Below, piece by piece: positions 21,658-33,560 of a stretch of 64,000 nucleotides of DNA. Source of the stretch: Azolla caroliniana. Its lineage: Eukaryota > Plantae > Polypodiophyta. Numbering within the stretch: position 1 is the first letter of the stretch; the number at the start of each line of letters is the position of its first letter. A program made the position numbers and the translations under genes. Location of the stretch: contig JBHGNT010000001.1 of NCBI GenBank assembly GCA_043228905.1, positions 23,498,001 through 23,562,000 of the forward strand, given 5' to 3'. The notes under the pieces were generated by a model. It was not told the origin of the DNA. It was given only the letters and a program-made list of their open reading frames with translations, and searched no databases.

Positions 21658-24111
21658 ATGCTTGTACTGCCAGAGACCCTACCAAATTCGATTCCCTCTG
21701 AACAATTTAGGTCCAGAAAATGCTCTACTTTTGTTCAAATCAAACCTCCAGATATATTGAAGCCTGCCTCATATCATCATTCAAATGTGAAAAATATTTT
21801 GACTATTGTGAAGCAAGTATCTGACAATATGCCATCTATAGATCGTATTCTTATTCTATTGAATAATTGTAGAGAATGGAAAGACCCATTATACCTTAAG
21901 TATACATATACCGTTATATGTGATTGTGGCCTTGAACTCATCAGGGTGCTTTCATATTACATTATATTGTCTTTTATGGAATGCGGAAGCATATTTGATG
22001 CTCATCAAGTTTTCAATAGGTTGATTCATCACAATGAATTGGCTTTAGTTTCTATACTTCAAGGGTATTTAGAACGTGGAGATTGGCCAAAGGCATTTAG
22101 CTTGGTTCAAGCAATGAGAGGTGATTGTGATCGTGATAATCACGATGTTAACCATGGATTTATGTTTCTATTGCAAGCATGCTCTAGCAAAAAGTGGTTG
22201 AAAAGAGGCCAAATGCTACATATAGAGATGGTGAAGGAGGGCAGTGAAAGAGATCCAATTATGGGTACTTCATTAGTGGATATGTATGCTAAATGTGGGT
22301 CTCTTTCTGAAGCCAGAAATGTGTTTGATTGGTTGATATCTCGAGATGTGGTTTCATGGACGGCTCTCATTGGAGGGTATAGTGAACATGGTTTTGGAGA
22401 AGAAGCGCTTCACTGCTTAGAACAAATGAGAAAAGAAGGTGTTCTCATGAATGCCTTCACATATGTTTGCTCCTTGAAAGCTTGTGGTGGATTAAGAGAT
22501 TTGAGAATGGGTCAGATAATGCATGACGATATTGTCAACTGTGGACTTGATACAGATTGTTTTATTTGTGGCGCTTTGGTTAATATGTATAGTGAATTGG
22601 GCTTGTTCAAAGAAGCACATTGTGTTTTGGACAACCTTTCTGATAGAGATGTAGTCTCATGGAATGCACTTATTACAGGATACGTTGACCATGGGCTTTT
22701 TGAGGAAGCCCTTAATTGCTTAAATGAAATGCAAGCCAGAAACATATCTCCGAATGCTATCACTCATGTTTGCATCTTGAAAGCTTGTGGTAACACTGGT
22801 GCTATAGAAAAAGGGAAAGAGATTCACGCATTGGTTAGTAAAGGAGGTTTTGAAGGTGATATTTTTATTGGAAGCACATTGGTAGATATGTATGCTGCAT
22901 GTGGTTCACTTTCTGAGGCAAAGAAAGTCTTCAGGGATTTACATGCAAGAGATGTAGTGTCTTGGACTGCCCTTATTGGAGGATACCTTGAGCACGGTCT
23001 TGATGAAGAAGCCATCATTTGTTTGGATCAAATGCAACAAGAGGGCATTTCCCCAAATGGCATCACATTTGTATGTAGTTTAAAAGCTTGTGGCTCCATA
23101 GACAAAGGGAGAAAATTACATTACGAAATCATAAAGGAGAGTTTTGAGAGGGACCCTTTTGTAGGTAACACCTTGATAGGCATGTATGCTAAATGTGACT
23201 CGTTACTAGAAGCATTAGAAGTGTTTCATGAACTTCCGGTCCGAAATGTCGTCTCTTGGAATGTTGCAATTGTTGCATTTTTTAATCATGGTCGATTTGA
23301 AGAAGCACTAAATTGCTTGGAACAAATGGAATTAGAGTTTATTTCTCCAAATGTGGTGACTTATATCTGCTGTCTGAAAGCTTGTGGTAACATAGGGGCC
23401 ATAGAGAAAGGGCGAGAAGTACACACAAAGATTGTCAAAAAAGGTTTTGAAAGAGACAATTCTGCATGGAAAGATCTTGAAAAACTCGATTTTGATGGTA
23501 GAGGAAATATGTTAGAAGAGATATGCGGGGTTCTCATACAAGGAACGGTAAAACTAAGCTTGGCCAATGCTCTTATTGATATGTATGGTAAATGTGGTAG
23601 CATGGATGAGTCACAGAAGGTTTTTGATGAGATGTCCATCAGGGACCTTATGACATGGACTGGATTGGTGACAGGATATTCTCGGCAAGGAGAGTATAGC
23701 ATTGTTTTTTATTTGTTTGACCGAATGATAAAAGAAGGTATTGAACCAGATGGAATAGCTTTTCTCAATGTTCTCAACGTATGCAGCCATGCGGGACTTT
23801 TGGATAAGGGTGAGGCATACTTTGAGCTGATGAATGATTTCCATATAACCCGGACTGTGGAACATCACAATTGTATGGTAGATCTGTTTGGGAGAGCTGG
23901 CCTTCTTGATAAGGCTATGATATTGGTCAATGAGATGCCATTTACACCTGATCCTGTAATATGGAGTACTATGTTGTGTGCTTGTCGGAGGTGGGGTACC
24001 AGAGAACTAGCGAGACAAACTTCTGACTATGCAAGAGTGATGAAAGACAGCAGTGCCCCTACACTTGTGTTAATGGCTAACATGTATGCAGCATCTATGT
24101 GTGAAGATTGA
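21658..24111 (+). CDS. PLS-class pentatricopeptide repeat protein with partial E extension, no DYW (probable organellar RNA editing specificity factor)
   Basis: 817-aa intronless ORF with repeated P/L/S triplets (LVDMYAKCGS..EA..VF, DVVSWTALIGGY, TYVCSLKACG), C-terminal CSHAGL / HNCMVDLFGRAG, and E1-like PDPVIWSTMLCACR. Ends shortly after LMANMYA. Confidence 0.92.
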   Translation: MLVLPETLPNSIPSEQFRSRKCSTFVQIKPPDILKPASYHHSNVKNILTIVKQVSDNMPSIDRILILLNNCREWKDPLYLKYTYTVICDCGLELIRVLSYYIILSFMECGSIFDAHQVFNRLIHHNELALVSILQGYLERGDWPKAFSLVQAMRGDCDRDNHDVNHGFMFLLQACSSKKWLKRGQMLHIEMVKEGSERDPIMGTSLVDMYAKCGSLSEARNVFDWLISRDVVSWTALIGGYSEHGFGEEALHCLEQMRKEGVLMNAFTYVCSLKACGGLRDLRMGQIMHDDIVNCGLDTDCFICGALVNMYSELGLFKEAHCVLDNLSDRDVVSWNALITGYVDHGLFEEALNCLNEMQARNISPNAITHVCILKACGNTGAIEKGKEIHALVSKGGFEGDIFIGSTLVDMYAACGSLSEAKKVFRDLHARDVVSWTALIGGYLEHGLDEEAIICLDQMQQEGISPNGITFVCSLKACGSIDKGRKLHYEIIKESFERDPFVGNTLIGMYAKCDSLLEALEVFHELPVRNVVSWNVAIVAFFNHGRFEEALNCLEQMELEFISPNVVTYICCLKACGNIGAIEKGREVHTKIVKKGFERDNSAWKDLEKLDFDGRGNMLEEICGVLIQGTVKLSLANALIDMYGKCGSMDESQKVFDEMSIRDLMTWTGLVTGYSRQGEYSIVFYLFDRMIKEGIEPDGIAFLNVLNVCSHAGLLDKGEAYFELMNDFHITRTVEHHNCMVDLFGRAGLLDKAMILVNEMPFTPDPVIWSTMLCACRRWGTRELARQTSDYARVMKDSSAPTLVLMANMYAASMCED

Positions 24112-26570
24112 AGAACTTGTATTGTGTACATGTGATGAGCATATGTATTGTGCATAAACTACATTATTAAGGCTAGAGAAGGTCCATATATTGAGGTTGC
24201 AATAGGCATGTTGGCGATCCGAAGTCTTTGGTTGACCTCATTGTAGGTGTGTTCTAAGGTCTCGACAAAAACCTTAGGGTTTATCTGTGTATAAAGGTCT
24301 ACCTAGCTAACCCCAATTAACAAGTAATGTAGTTAACAAGTACCTACATTTCTATCTCACCAAGTGACTGAGCTAGCATGACAAAGTGATGTATGAACTT
24401 GTAAATTCAGGCCTAAAAAAGGTGGTCATATATATATGCAAATTCCTCCATCTAGCATGGTAGAGATACTGGTCATATGTGTGTTATATTACACATCCAA
24501 GTGTAAAAATCAATATAACACTGCACACATGATTATTTCATGTAGATGAATGGTAGAAACGGTAAAAGAAGTTATATTCAAATATGTATGTACATACCAA
24601 ATTTGGCATACGGATTACTGTATGGATGCATGCAACACATATTCATTTTTGTCTATGGGTGGCAGAACACATACAAGAAGTGTATAAAGTAAGCAGAGCC
24701 AAGCATCATCATGTAAAAAAACGAGTAAGATGATGTATATCCAATATAACCTTTATTTTAGCTGCTAATAAGGAAGGCAGTTAGTTCATTATATATTTCC
24801 AACCAATTACACAAATAAATGAATGCTGTTGGTTACAGAATTTTGTAATGTACGATGCATATCGATTGCCATTACATGGCATACAGGTGATTGGGATAAA
24901 AAATATCTCTTTATGATATGGTGCAATTCTGATTCTGAATTGAACTTCCCGACATATGCCTTGGAAAGGCAAGGGCCCAAATTGCTTGACCAAGACCCCT
25001 TTCCAATTGCCATAAATGGAATTGACTTCCCCATTAAGGCATAGAAAATATCCAATTCTAGATTATTGTGCCATTGGAATAATGCGTATGGACCAAGATT
25101 CCAATGGCATGGACCAATGCATTTTCCATGATTGCAACGCAAGCAAAAGAGTGTTTTTTGTAGCATATCATCACAAGATTTTGTTTGCACGATGCCCACT
25201 AACTTTCCCTTAAAAGAAATTAAGATACAAGAATTAATTTTGAATCTTCTTATGTAGCTCTTACACTCTTCCATAGTTTCCTCTTCCATCATTGTTCTCA
25301 TATCACATTTAAGAGTTCACATTGTCGTGTAATACATGTGTGCATGTGCTACTCAAGCAAGACCACCTGGGACCTGAATTGAGGAAGATGTGTTTATCAA
25401 TGAATAGTTGCAAGAATTTTGTCTTCCATGACTTTTGTGCTTTCAAGTGACGTGTTCGCGTAATCTTATCGCATTTAGTTTTCGTGCATTCGTATTGTGT
25501 ATTGCCTTCATGCATTCGTTTTGTGAATTCATATTCATGTGATTACTTCGCATATTCTCTTTGTATGATTTGATCACATATTATGTTTGCGCAATCCCTT
25601 CGTAAGATTCCTTTCGTGTATTTTGTTCGCAAATTGGCTTCGCGTATTTTCTTTGTGAATCCAGATCATGAATTATCTTCATGAATTCAAATTGCGATTG
25701 TCTTTTTGCGTGATCATCTTCGTGCGTTGATTCAAGTGATTGCCTTGTGTATTCGCTTCACATGTTCACCTTGTGCACGTTTGATTTGCATTACCACTTT
25801 GGGTAGTTGTTTCATGCTTTCCCTTCGTGAGATCTTATTGATGTGATTGTGAAACCTCTTTGCATAAAACAATTGTCTATTTTCCAATTGGGGGAACTCT
25901 TTCGGGCTATTCCCTCATAGGAATCCTTTGAATGAAGACCTTGTGTAATTTCTTCGCCTCCATACTTTAACCAATTTACACTAAGATCGAATGTTTCATT
26001 GGGTAAGAAAATCTAAAGTGAATATGGTTGAGAGTGCCTTAGTAGAAAGGAAAATCCTTGAGTTCTGGTGTAGTGCCAAGATCAACAACATGTCACCATG
26101 TTTGTTTTGATCCCTATTTGTCTAAGCCTCCTATTTCATGAACCCTTCTCTCGGTTGGAGTCATGGTCATCAAAGAAGACTTATTATCCCATTGAAAGCG
26201 ACAACATGCTCTCTTAACTACAACCCAATCCAAAATAAAACCCTCATCATTCTCAAGTAGGAGACCTAGGTCTATTTTATCCTTAGCATTCACAACACTT
26301 TTCTTGGGTCATGGAAAATTCTATTAGGTGCCACAAGTTGCCCAAATGTTTTCTCAAAATCTCATTCCATTGCATCTATTCTAGCAAGAATCAAAGATCT
26401 TTTTAGGAGATAGCACAAAAGTGTCCCGAAGATTGATCAGAAGCCTTCAAAGTCATTTTTTAAGTGCTGGAACGAGCATGGAACTTTGTTGATTGGTTTC
26501 GATTGATCAAATTCTAAAGGTTGATGAATCTTAAGGGGTACAAATGTCTAATATCATTTGGCATACGAGG

Positions 26571-26636
26571 GGTCATAGGTCATATTTGACCTCCGAAGAT
26601 GATAATACAATCTATCTATCTATGTCTATCTATCTC
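26571..26636 (+). mobile_element. Very short 3' end of the RTE-like LINE family, with (TCTA)n tail
   Basis: About 45 nt nearly identical to the 3' terminus of the LINE at 59141-59197 (- strand), followed by the same TCTA microsatellite. Confidence 0.6.
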
Positions 26637-26737
26637 TATATTGACGCCGAAAGAATCTTATAAAATATCTAACACAACAAAATCCTTGATACCATAATCT
26701 TGAGCTTCATCTATCGACAGAAAAACGTGTATCTCCA

Positions 26738-29700
26738 TGTTACGGGCATGACCATTTAATATCCTGTGGTGAGAATTTACCGTAGTATTCTATACACGTG
26801 GATAAGTGTGAGGGTTAAACAAGAGTGTAAAGAAGGGGAGGATTACTTTTAATCCTCGGGATTGAGACAACCCATTAGGTCAAGTGTGAACATGCCTAGG
26901 GGCCTTGGGTATCGCTATAAATAAGAGGCCTAGCTACCCTCATTTGATCATCTTTTGACTACATCGAGACTCTGCTCTTGTGGTGGGTCAACTCTTGTAG
27001 CGAGCGCACCAGCACCAAGTACGACTCGACGCCACGGCGGTGGTATGGGACGCCGATCGAGGCTCAAGTCCGTCTCGATCCCTTCGCTCGGGGGTGGTCG
27101 GGTGGATCGGCACCCTTCTTTCTCTTTCTCCTTTCTATCTATCATTAATTTATCCTTATCTTAAGCTTACTTTAGTACCAAGATCTCTAATATTTGGTAT
27201 CAAAGCTATGTACTAATGTTTCTTTGTTTGTCTTTTGTCTTTTGATTGATGGTGATCGATCGATGTGCGGGGCCTTGATCCAGACAACGACCAACGAAGA
27301 ACTTCGGTAACTCTTTCCGTAATTTTTTTTTCTATTCTCTCTTCTCCCATCTAATCATGTGTTTAGTTTATATGTCTTTTTTTTTCATTAAGTCAATGAT
27401 GTTTTAGTGGTCTTTAATTGATTATTTAAAACGTTTACATATGTGCACGAGGTCAATACCTCGTTTGACATATAAATAATATGTGATGAGTGTCGTATGC
27501 GTACGAGGTTAATACCTCAATTACGTATTACGTTCACGAACATATGTTACGTTTGCGTATGAGTTTAATACCTTGATATGTTGTAAAGGATATGCGTTTA
27601 GTCTCGTATGCGTAAGAGGTTAATACCTCAATTGCGTATTACGATGATCTCTTATTTGTGGATGTTTCGTGTGCGTAGAGGTATATACCTCGATTACGTA
27701 TCTCGATCACATCCTTTGTGGCTATTTAATATAACGATATGTTTAATATAGGCATATGTGGTCACGTATATACATATTTGATCGTATATATGTGATAAGT
27801 AGACATATGTGTATATTCGTTATTACGTGATTATATCGAAAGTTGTCCTTGTCGGGAAAAGGATGTTGGTGGCCGTCCTCACATTTTTGTGAGAATGGCG
27901 TTGTCACCATCCCTTTTTCAACAATTTTTGATTGTTGACAACCCCGTTGATGACCTCGATTTCGTTACGTAAAGAAACGCCTATAGCCATAATGATGTTG
28001 AGTACGTAGGGCTTGACCCACTTCAAGTGAGGTCGCTCCAATGACTCACGTATCCAACATCCCTCCCTCGTTACATGGATACGATGCCACCATGAGCTCG
28101 TTCTTACGAGAGGCATTCGTAATGACGTGACCATATGATGGGCCACGTGGGCCTACTACGAAACGAGGGCTCATTTAGCTTGACCATTAGGTTGCACTTT
28201 GGCGTATGCCATCGTAATTACGAGACTTGAGGTTAGGTAACGTACCAACATAGTTCTGGTAAATGAGGGCGAAATAAGGACCCTTGACATATATGTTCTT
28301 TTAAAAAAAACATATATGATCAAATGCCTCGCATATCTCTTATACGCATCAAACATTAAGCATTCGAGAAGAGCAACTTACTTGGTTGGCTCAAGTGTTT
28401 AATGTATTTGTTCTCAAGGTCTCGAGTTCAAATATGACCAAGACCATGCAACATTCTTGATACATATGACTATAACACATGTTTAGACTTACGGTCTAAG
28501 TGCACCTCGGGGTCCTTGTAATAGGACTTAAAGAGCCAAAACCACATATTTGGGCACCGAAACATAGTTTATTGTTAACATTTTTTTCGTGTATAAACTA
28601 TTCATAACGCGAACATACATGGTTGAGCCACGGGGAGCCACCATGAAAAAATCGATATAGAGATCAGGGAAAGACATTTATTTGTCACCCCCATGGTTTT
28701 TAAACCACCTTTCTGTTACCATAGTAACCTGATATTGAACCTCATCTCATACGTCTAGAGGGGTATTGACGTGAGATCATGATATCGATTAATGTTTGCC
28801 CATGATATGTTTACATCACGACATGATGTTATGACTATCTCTCTGACCTTATCCTATTTCTTTTCCAGAAATAATCTTTAATGGCTCAAATTAACGACCC
28901 GATGTCATCCGCTCAAGCGGAAGGAACTCAAGGGAATCCTCCTGGACAAATGTCCACTGAGATGTATTTTGCACAAATAGCCCAATACCTTAGTTTCACC
29001 GCTCAACAGATGACTGAACTTCGGCAATCTCAAAGTGCTCTCGAGGCACGTGTCATTAGTCTACAACGTTAGACTAATAGACCTGATGAGCGACAGGGTG
29101 AACCATCGTTTGTCATTAAGCCATTTACGGGAGACAAAAAGGAAAGAACCGAAGAAGCAATCTGCACGTGGTTGGGCCGATGCCAGTCTCATTTTGAGCT
29201 CTATCCCACACTAGATAGTACGAAGATTGCATATGTCGGCCGAGAACTCGGGGGTAAGACCGCCGCCTGGTGGCGGGGACTCCGTACAACGGGGAAATTG
29301 CCTGATACCTGGACAGATTTTGTCACGGTTTTTAAGGGCCAATTTCTGCAACCTCCCTCTTGAACCGAGGCAGCACAAGCTTTAATGAACCTCTCTAGCA
29401 GGAAATTTTCCTCTCTACAAGACTATGTTCACCATGCTAGAACCCAAATCCAAAAATCGGGTCTAGAAGGGGACAATTGGTTGATAGCTTGTTTTGTCAA
29501 TGGCATCCCCAATTCGGACTATCACTGGACAGTGCACGATAAGGATCCAAAATCCTTCGAAGAGGCCGTTGAAATAGTTTTTCGCTATCAACGCACTTCG
29601 AAGAAGGACCACAACAAACCCAACGAAGCGCTCGGGACTAAGCAGTCGCAATTTGTTGGGAAACGCAAGACACCCAACGAATTCCTAGATCGCGATTTTA

Positions 29701-32700
29701 AGCGACAACATCCTTTTTGCGTATTCTACAAAAAGAAGGGTCATACAAAAGATCAATGTCGAAAGCTCCAACGGAAAGAGCACGACAACAAAGCTAAAGC
29801 TGCAGACCATAAAGGTCGGATTCCTAATGTCCTTCAGGTCTATACACATCATTTAAGTAATTGTCAATGTTCTTTCCCTCACTATGTATTGGGTCCCAAT
29901 GATTTACTACGTGCAAACGGGTATATCAACGGATCTCTCGTACAATTTTTATTTGATTCGGGAAGCTCATACAATTTTGTGAATGATCGTTTGGTTCAGA
30001 TATGGGGAATCCAACCCACCGTAAGTGATCACACCTACATGGTGCACTTGGCTGATGGAAGAGTACAATACATCAACGGAGCGATTCATTCATTAGGAAT
30101 TTCTATTGATACTTATATAAAGGAAGTAGACTTCCATGTAATGAATCTTTGTACCACCGATGTAATACTAGGTTATCCCTGGTTTTATAATAAAAACTCT
30201 TCTTTATCTATTGAATGGGTTCATCATTCAATTACATTTGTATTGAACGATTGTACTCATTTTATTCAATGTGTAAAAAAACAATCCCTCTCGATTGTTT
30301 CCTCGTGTCCATCAATATCCGACTTGTCTTGTTCTACTCTATTTTATTGTGTACTTGATCCGGACATTCACGTTTATAATATCGATAATGTCTCGGTTCA
30401 ATTAACATATTTTGAACAACAACTTGATGAAATCTTAAATGATTTTCGTGATGTTTTTCCGAGTGAACTACTAGATGGCTTACCTCCTAAATGTAATATA
30501 GACCATCGTATAGATATTGTACCTGGTGTTGCACCAATAAGTATACCTCCTTATCGCTTAAGTCGATCCGAAGAGGATGAGGTATCTAAGCAACTCAAGG
30601 ACTATTTACGAATGGGTTATATACGTTATAGTAAATCTCCATGGGGTGCACCATTTCTCTTGGTTAAAAAGAAAGAGGGCACATGACGTATGTGTATTAA
30701 TTACCGACGCTTGAATAAAGTGACGATCAAGAATTCGTATCCATTGCCCCGGGCTGACGATCTAATTGACCGTCTCCAGGGAGCTCGGTATTTTATGAAA
30801 CTTGATCTCCGTACTGGCTACCATCAAATACGAATAAGTGAGGACGATGTTCCTAAAACGGCATTTCGTACACGCTATGGCCATTACGAGTTTTTGGTTA
30901 TGCCTTTTGGTTTGACCAATGCTCCGGCTACTTTTCAACAAGAAATGAATGACATTTTCCAAGAACAACTTGGAAAATTTGTCGTTATTTTCTTGGATGA
31001 TATTTTAGTTTATAGTCGTACATTAAAAGAACATGCTAAACATGCCCGCTTTGTTTTACAAACATTGCGTGACAAACAGTTTTATGTAAAGATCTCAAAA
31101 TGTGAGTTCTTCAAGAAATCAATTACTTATCTTGGACATCTCATAACCAAACGAGGAGTTGAAATTGATCCTTCTCGCATCGAGAAAATCAAGCTTTGGC
31201 CCACTCTTCGGAATATTCGAGAAGTTCGATCATTCCTTGGTTTTGTCGGGTTTTTGCGAAAATCTCTTCGTAATTACTCCCAATTGACGACGTCGTTTAC
31301 TGATCTTTTAAAAGGTCAAACACGTAAGTCTACAAAACCTATTGTGTGGAATGCTACACTAGACCTCGCCTTTAGGGAACTCAAGGACCTGGTTTGCAAG
31401 GCTCCTTCACTTCTTTTACCTGATCCTTCAAAACCTTTTGAGGTTCAAACCGATGCAAGCGATTATGCTATAGGTGTTGTCTTGTATCAAGATGGCAAAC
31501 CAATAGCATTCGAGAGTAAGAAACTTGATTCTACTCAATGTCGGTATACCGTTCAAGAAAAGGAATTATTTGCAGTTATACATGCGCTCAAAACATGGCG
31601 CCATTATCTTTATGGAAATCGCTTTGTGGTAACTACGGACCACGAGTCCTTGAAATATTTTTGTGATCAACAAGACCTGAAAGGTCGTAAGGCACGATGG
31701 GCTGATCTCATCCAGGACTTTGATTTCTCCATACGATATCGTAAAGGTTCCATGAACATTGTCGCTGATGCACTAAGTCGCATCCGTGACGTTAACATGC
31801 TTAGCTTCACTGAAATAACATTAGATCTTTATGATCACCTTCGAGGAAAGTATCCTGATGACAATTATTTTGCAAAATACTAGGCAAGAGTTGAGTCTGG
31901 AACAGACACCATCACATCCTCGAAGGAATACTTCCACATTGCTAACGGTTTGCTCTACCGTAATGGGAAGGTTTGTGTTCCAGATTTACCCGAGGTCAAA
32001 CAGAGGATTCTTTTTTAATGCCATGATGCACCCTCAGCAGGGCACCCTGGAATACATCGTACACTCGTTCTCATCTCCACTCAATTTTATTGGCCTAAGA
32101 TGCGTCCTGCCATACATAGCTATGTGACTAAATGTCACCAGTGTCAGGTTAACAAAGTCGAGCGACTTAAAGCTGCAGGACTTTTACATCCCTTGGACAT
32201 TCCCAATAATAAGTGGGAAAGTATATCCATGGATTTTATTGTTAGCCTTCCTCGCACCCAAAAAGGTGATGATGCCATCTGGGTTGTCGTTGATCGACTA
32301 ACTAAAATGGCCACATTTATTGCTACTAAAACCACGGTAAATCAAATTATTGAGGACATGCTTCAAGCATACGTTGGTGCAAAACCAACAAAATGGGAAC
32401 GTTATCTCCCAATTTTGGAGTTTGCTTATAATAGTTCCAGGCATACGTCGACGGGATATAGTCCTTTTATATTGATGTATGGTTTTCAGCCACGAGCCCC
32501 GATTGATGTTAATATACATCATGATGAGTTGCGAAGTACGCAAAACTTTCTTTGGGATATGCAAGATATGTTGCATATTGCACGAGATAATATAAAAATA
32601 GCTCAAGATAGAGCGCGTTTTTATGCCGATCATCATAGGCAACCTCGTGTATTCAACCCTGGACAGAAGGTATTTTTACGTGTACCTCACAATTCTAAGA

Positions 32701-33560
32701 GATTGTCTACGGGTAAGTGCACTAAGTTAGCCCCACAGTTTTGTGGACCTTTTACAATTCTCAAACGCATTGGGTCATCAGCCTATCGTCTTGCTCTTCC
32801 CAATGGTGTTGGAATTCATCCAGTCTTCCATGTGAGTCGTCTAAAAGAACTTCTAGGTTCTGGCGACAACACAGTTACAACTGAAACTCTGGTTACTCTT
32901 GAAGAATTATCTTCGAAACCACATGTACCAGAAAGAATTCTTGATGTTAAAACAAAAAAATTACGTACTAAAGAAATATGAGAATTTAAAATAAAATGGA
33001 TGGATAAATCAATAAAAGATGCCACATGGAAACGCGAAAATACTCTCAGAACTAACTTCCCTAACTTTCCATTGCAAGAGTGCAATGTTTTAAAGAGGGG
33101 GAGTATGTTACGGGCATGACCATTTAATATCCCGTGGTGAGAATTTACCGTAGTATTCTATACACGTGGATAAGTGTGAGGCTTAAACGAGAGTGTAAAG
33201 AAGGGCTGGATTACTTTTAATCCTCGAGATTGAGACAACCCATTAGGTCAAGTGTGAACTTGCCTGGGGGCCTTGGGTATCGTTATAAATAAGAGGCCTA
33301 GCTACCCTCATTTGATCATCTTTTGACTACATCGAGACTCTGCTCTTGTGGTGGGTCAACTCTTGTAGCGAGCACGCCAGCACTAGGTACGACTCGACGC
33401 CACGGCGGTGGTATGGGACGCCGATCGAGGCTCGAGTCCGTCTCAATCCCTTCGCTCGGGGGTGGTCGGGTGGATCGGCACCCTTCTTTCTCTTTCTCCT
33501 TTCTATCTATCATTACTTTATCCTTATCTTAAGCTTACTTTAGTACCTAGATCTCTAATA
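26738..33560 (+). mobile_element. Chromovirus Ty3/Gypsy retrotransposon (gag-PR-RT-RH-INT-chromodomain), degenerate
   Basis: LTRs 26738-27192 and 33106-33560. iMet-type PBS TGGTATCAAAGC after 27192; PPT AAAGAGGGGGAG before 33106. Gag from 28881, [34 protein letters not shown] with GPF motif and an internal deletion near 32335, chromodomain PERILD..KW..ATW (about 32927-33070). Several in-frame stops. Confidence 0.93.

Noticed and set aside
24112-24780. Detached DYW domain downstream of the PPR gene
   Set aside because: No PG box, HSE or CxxC motif was seen in this interval.
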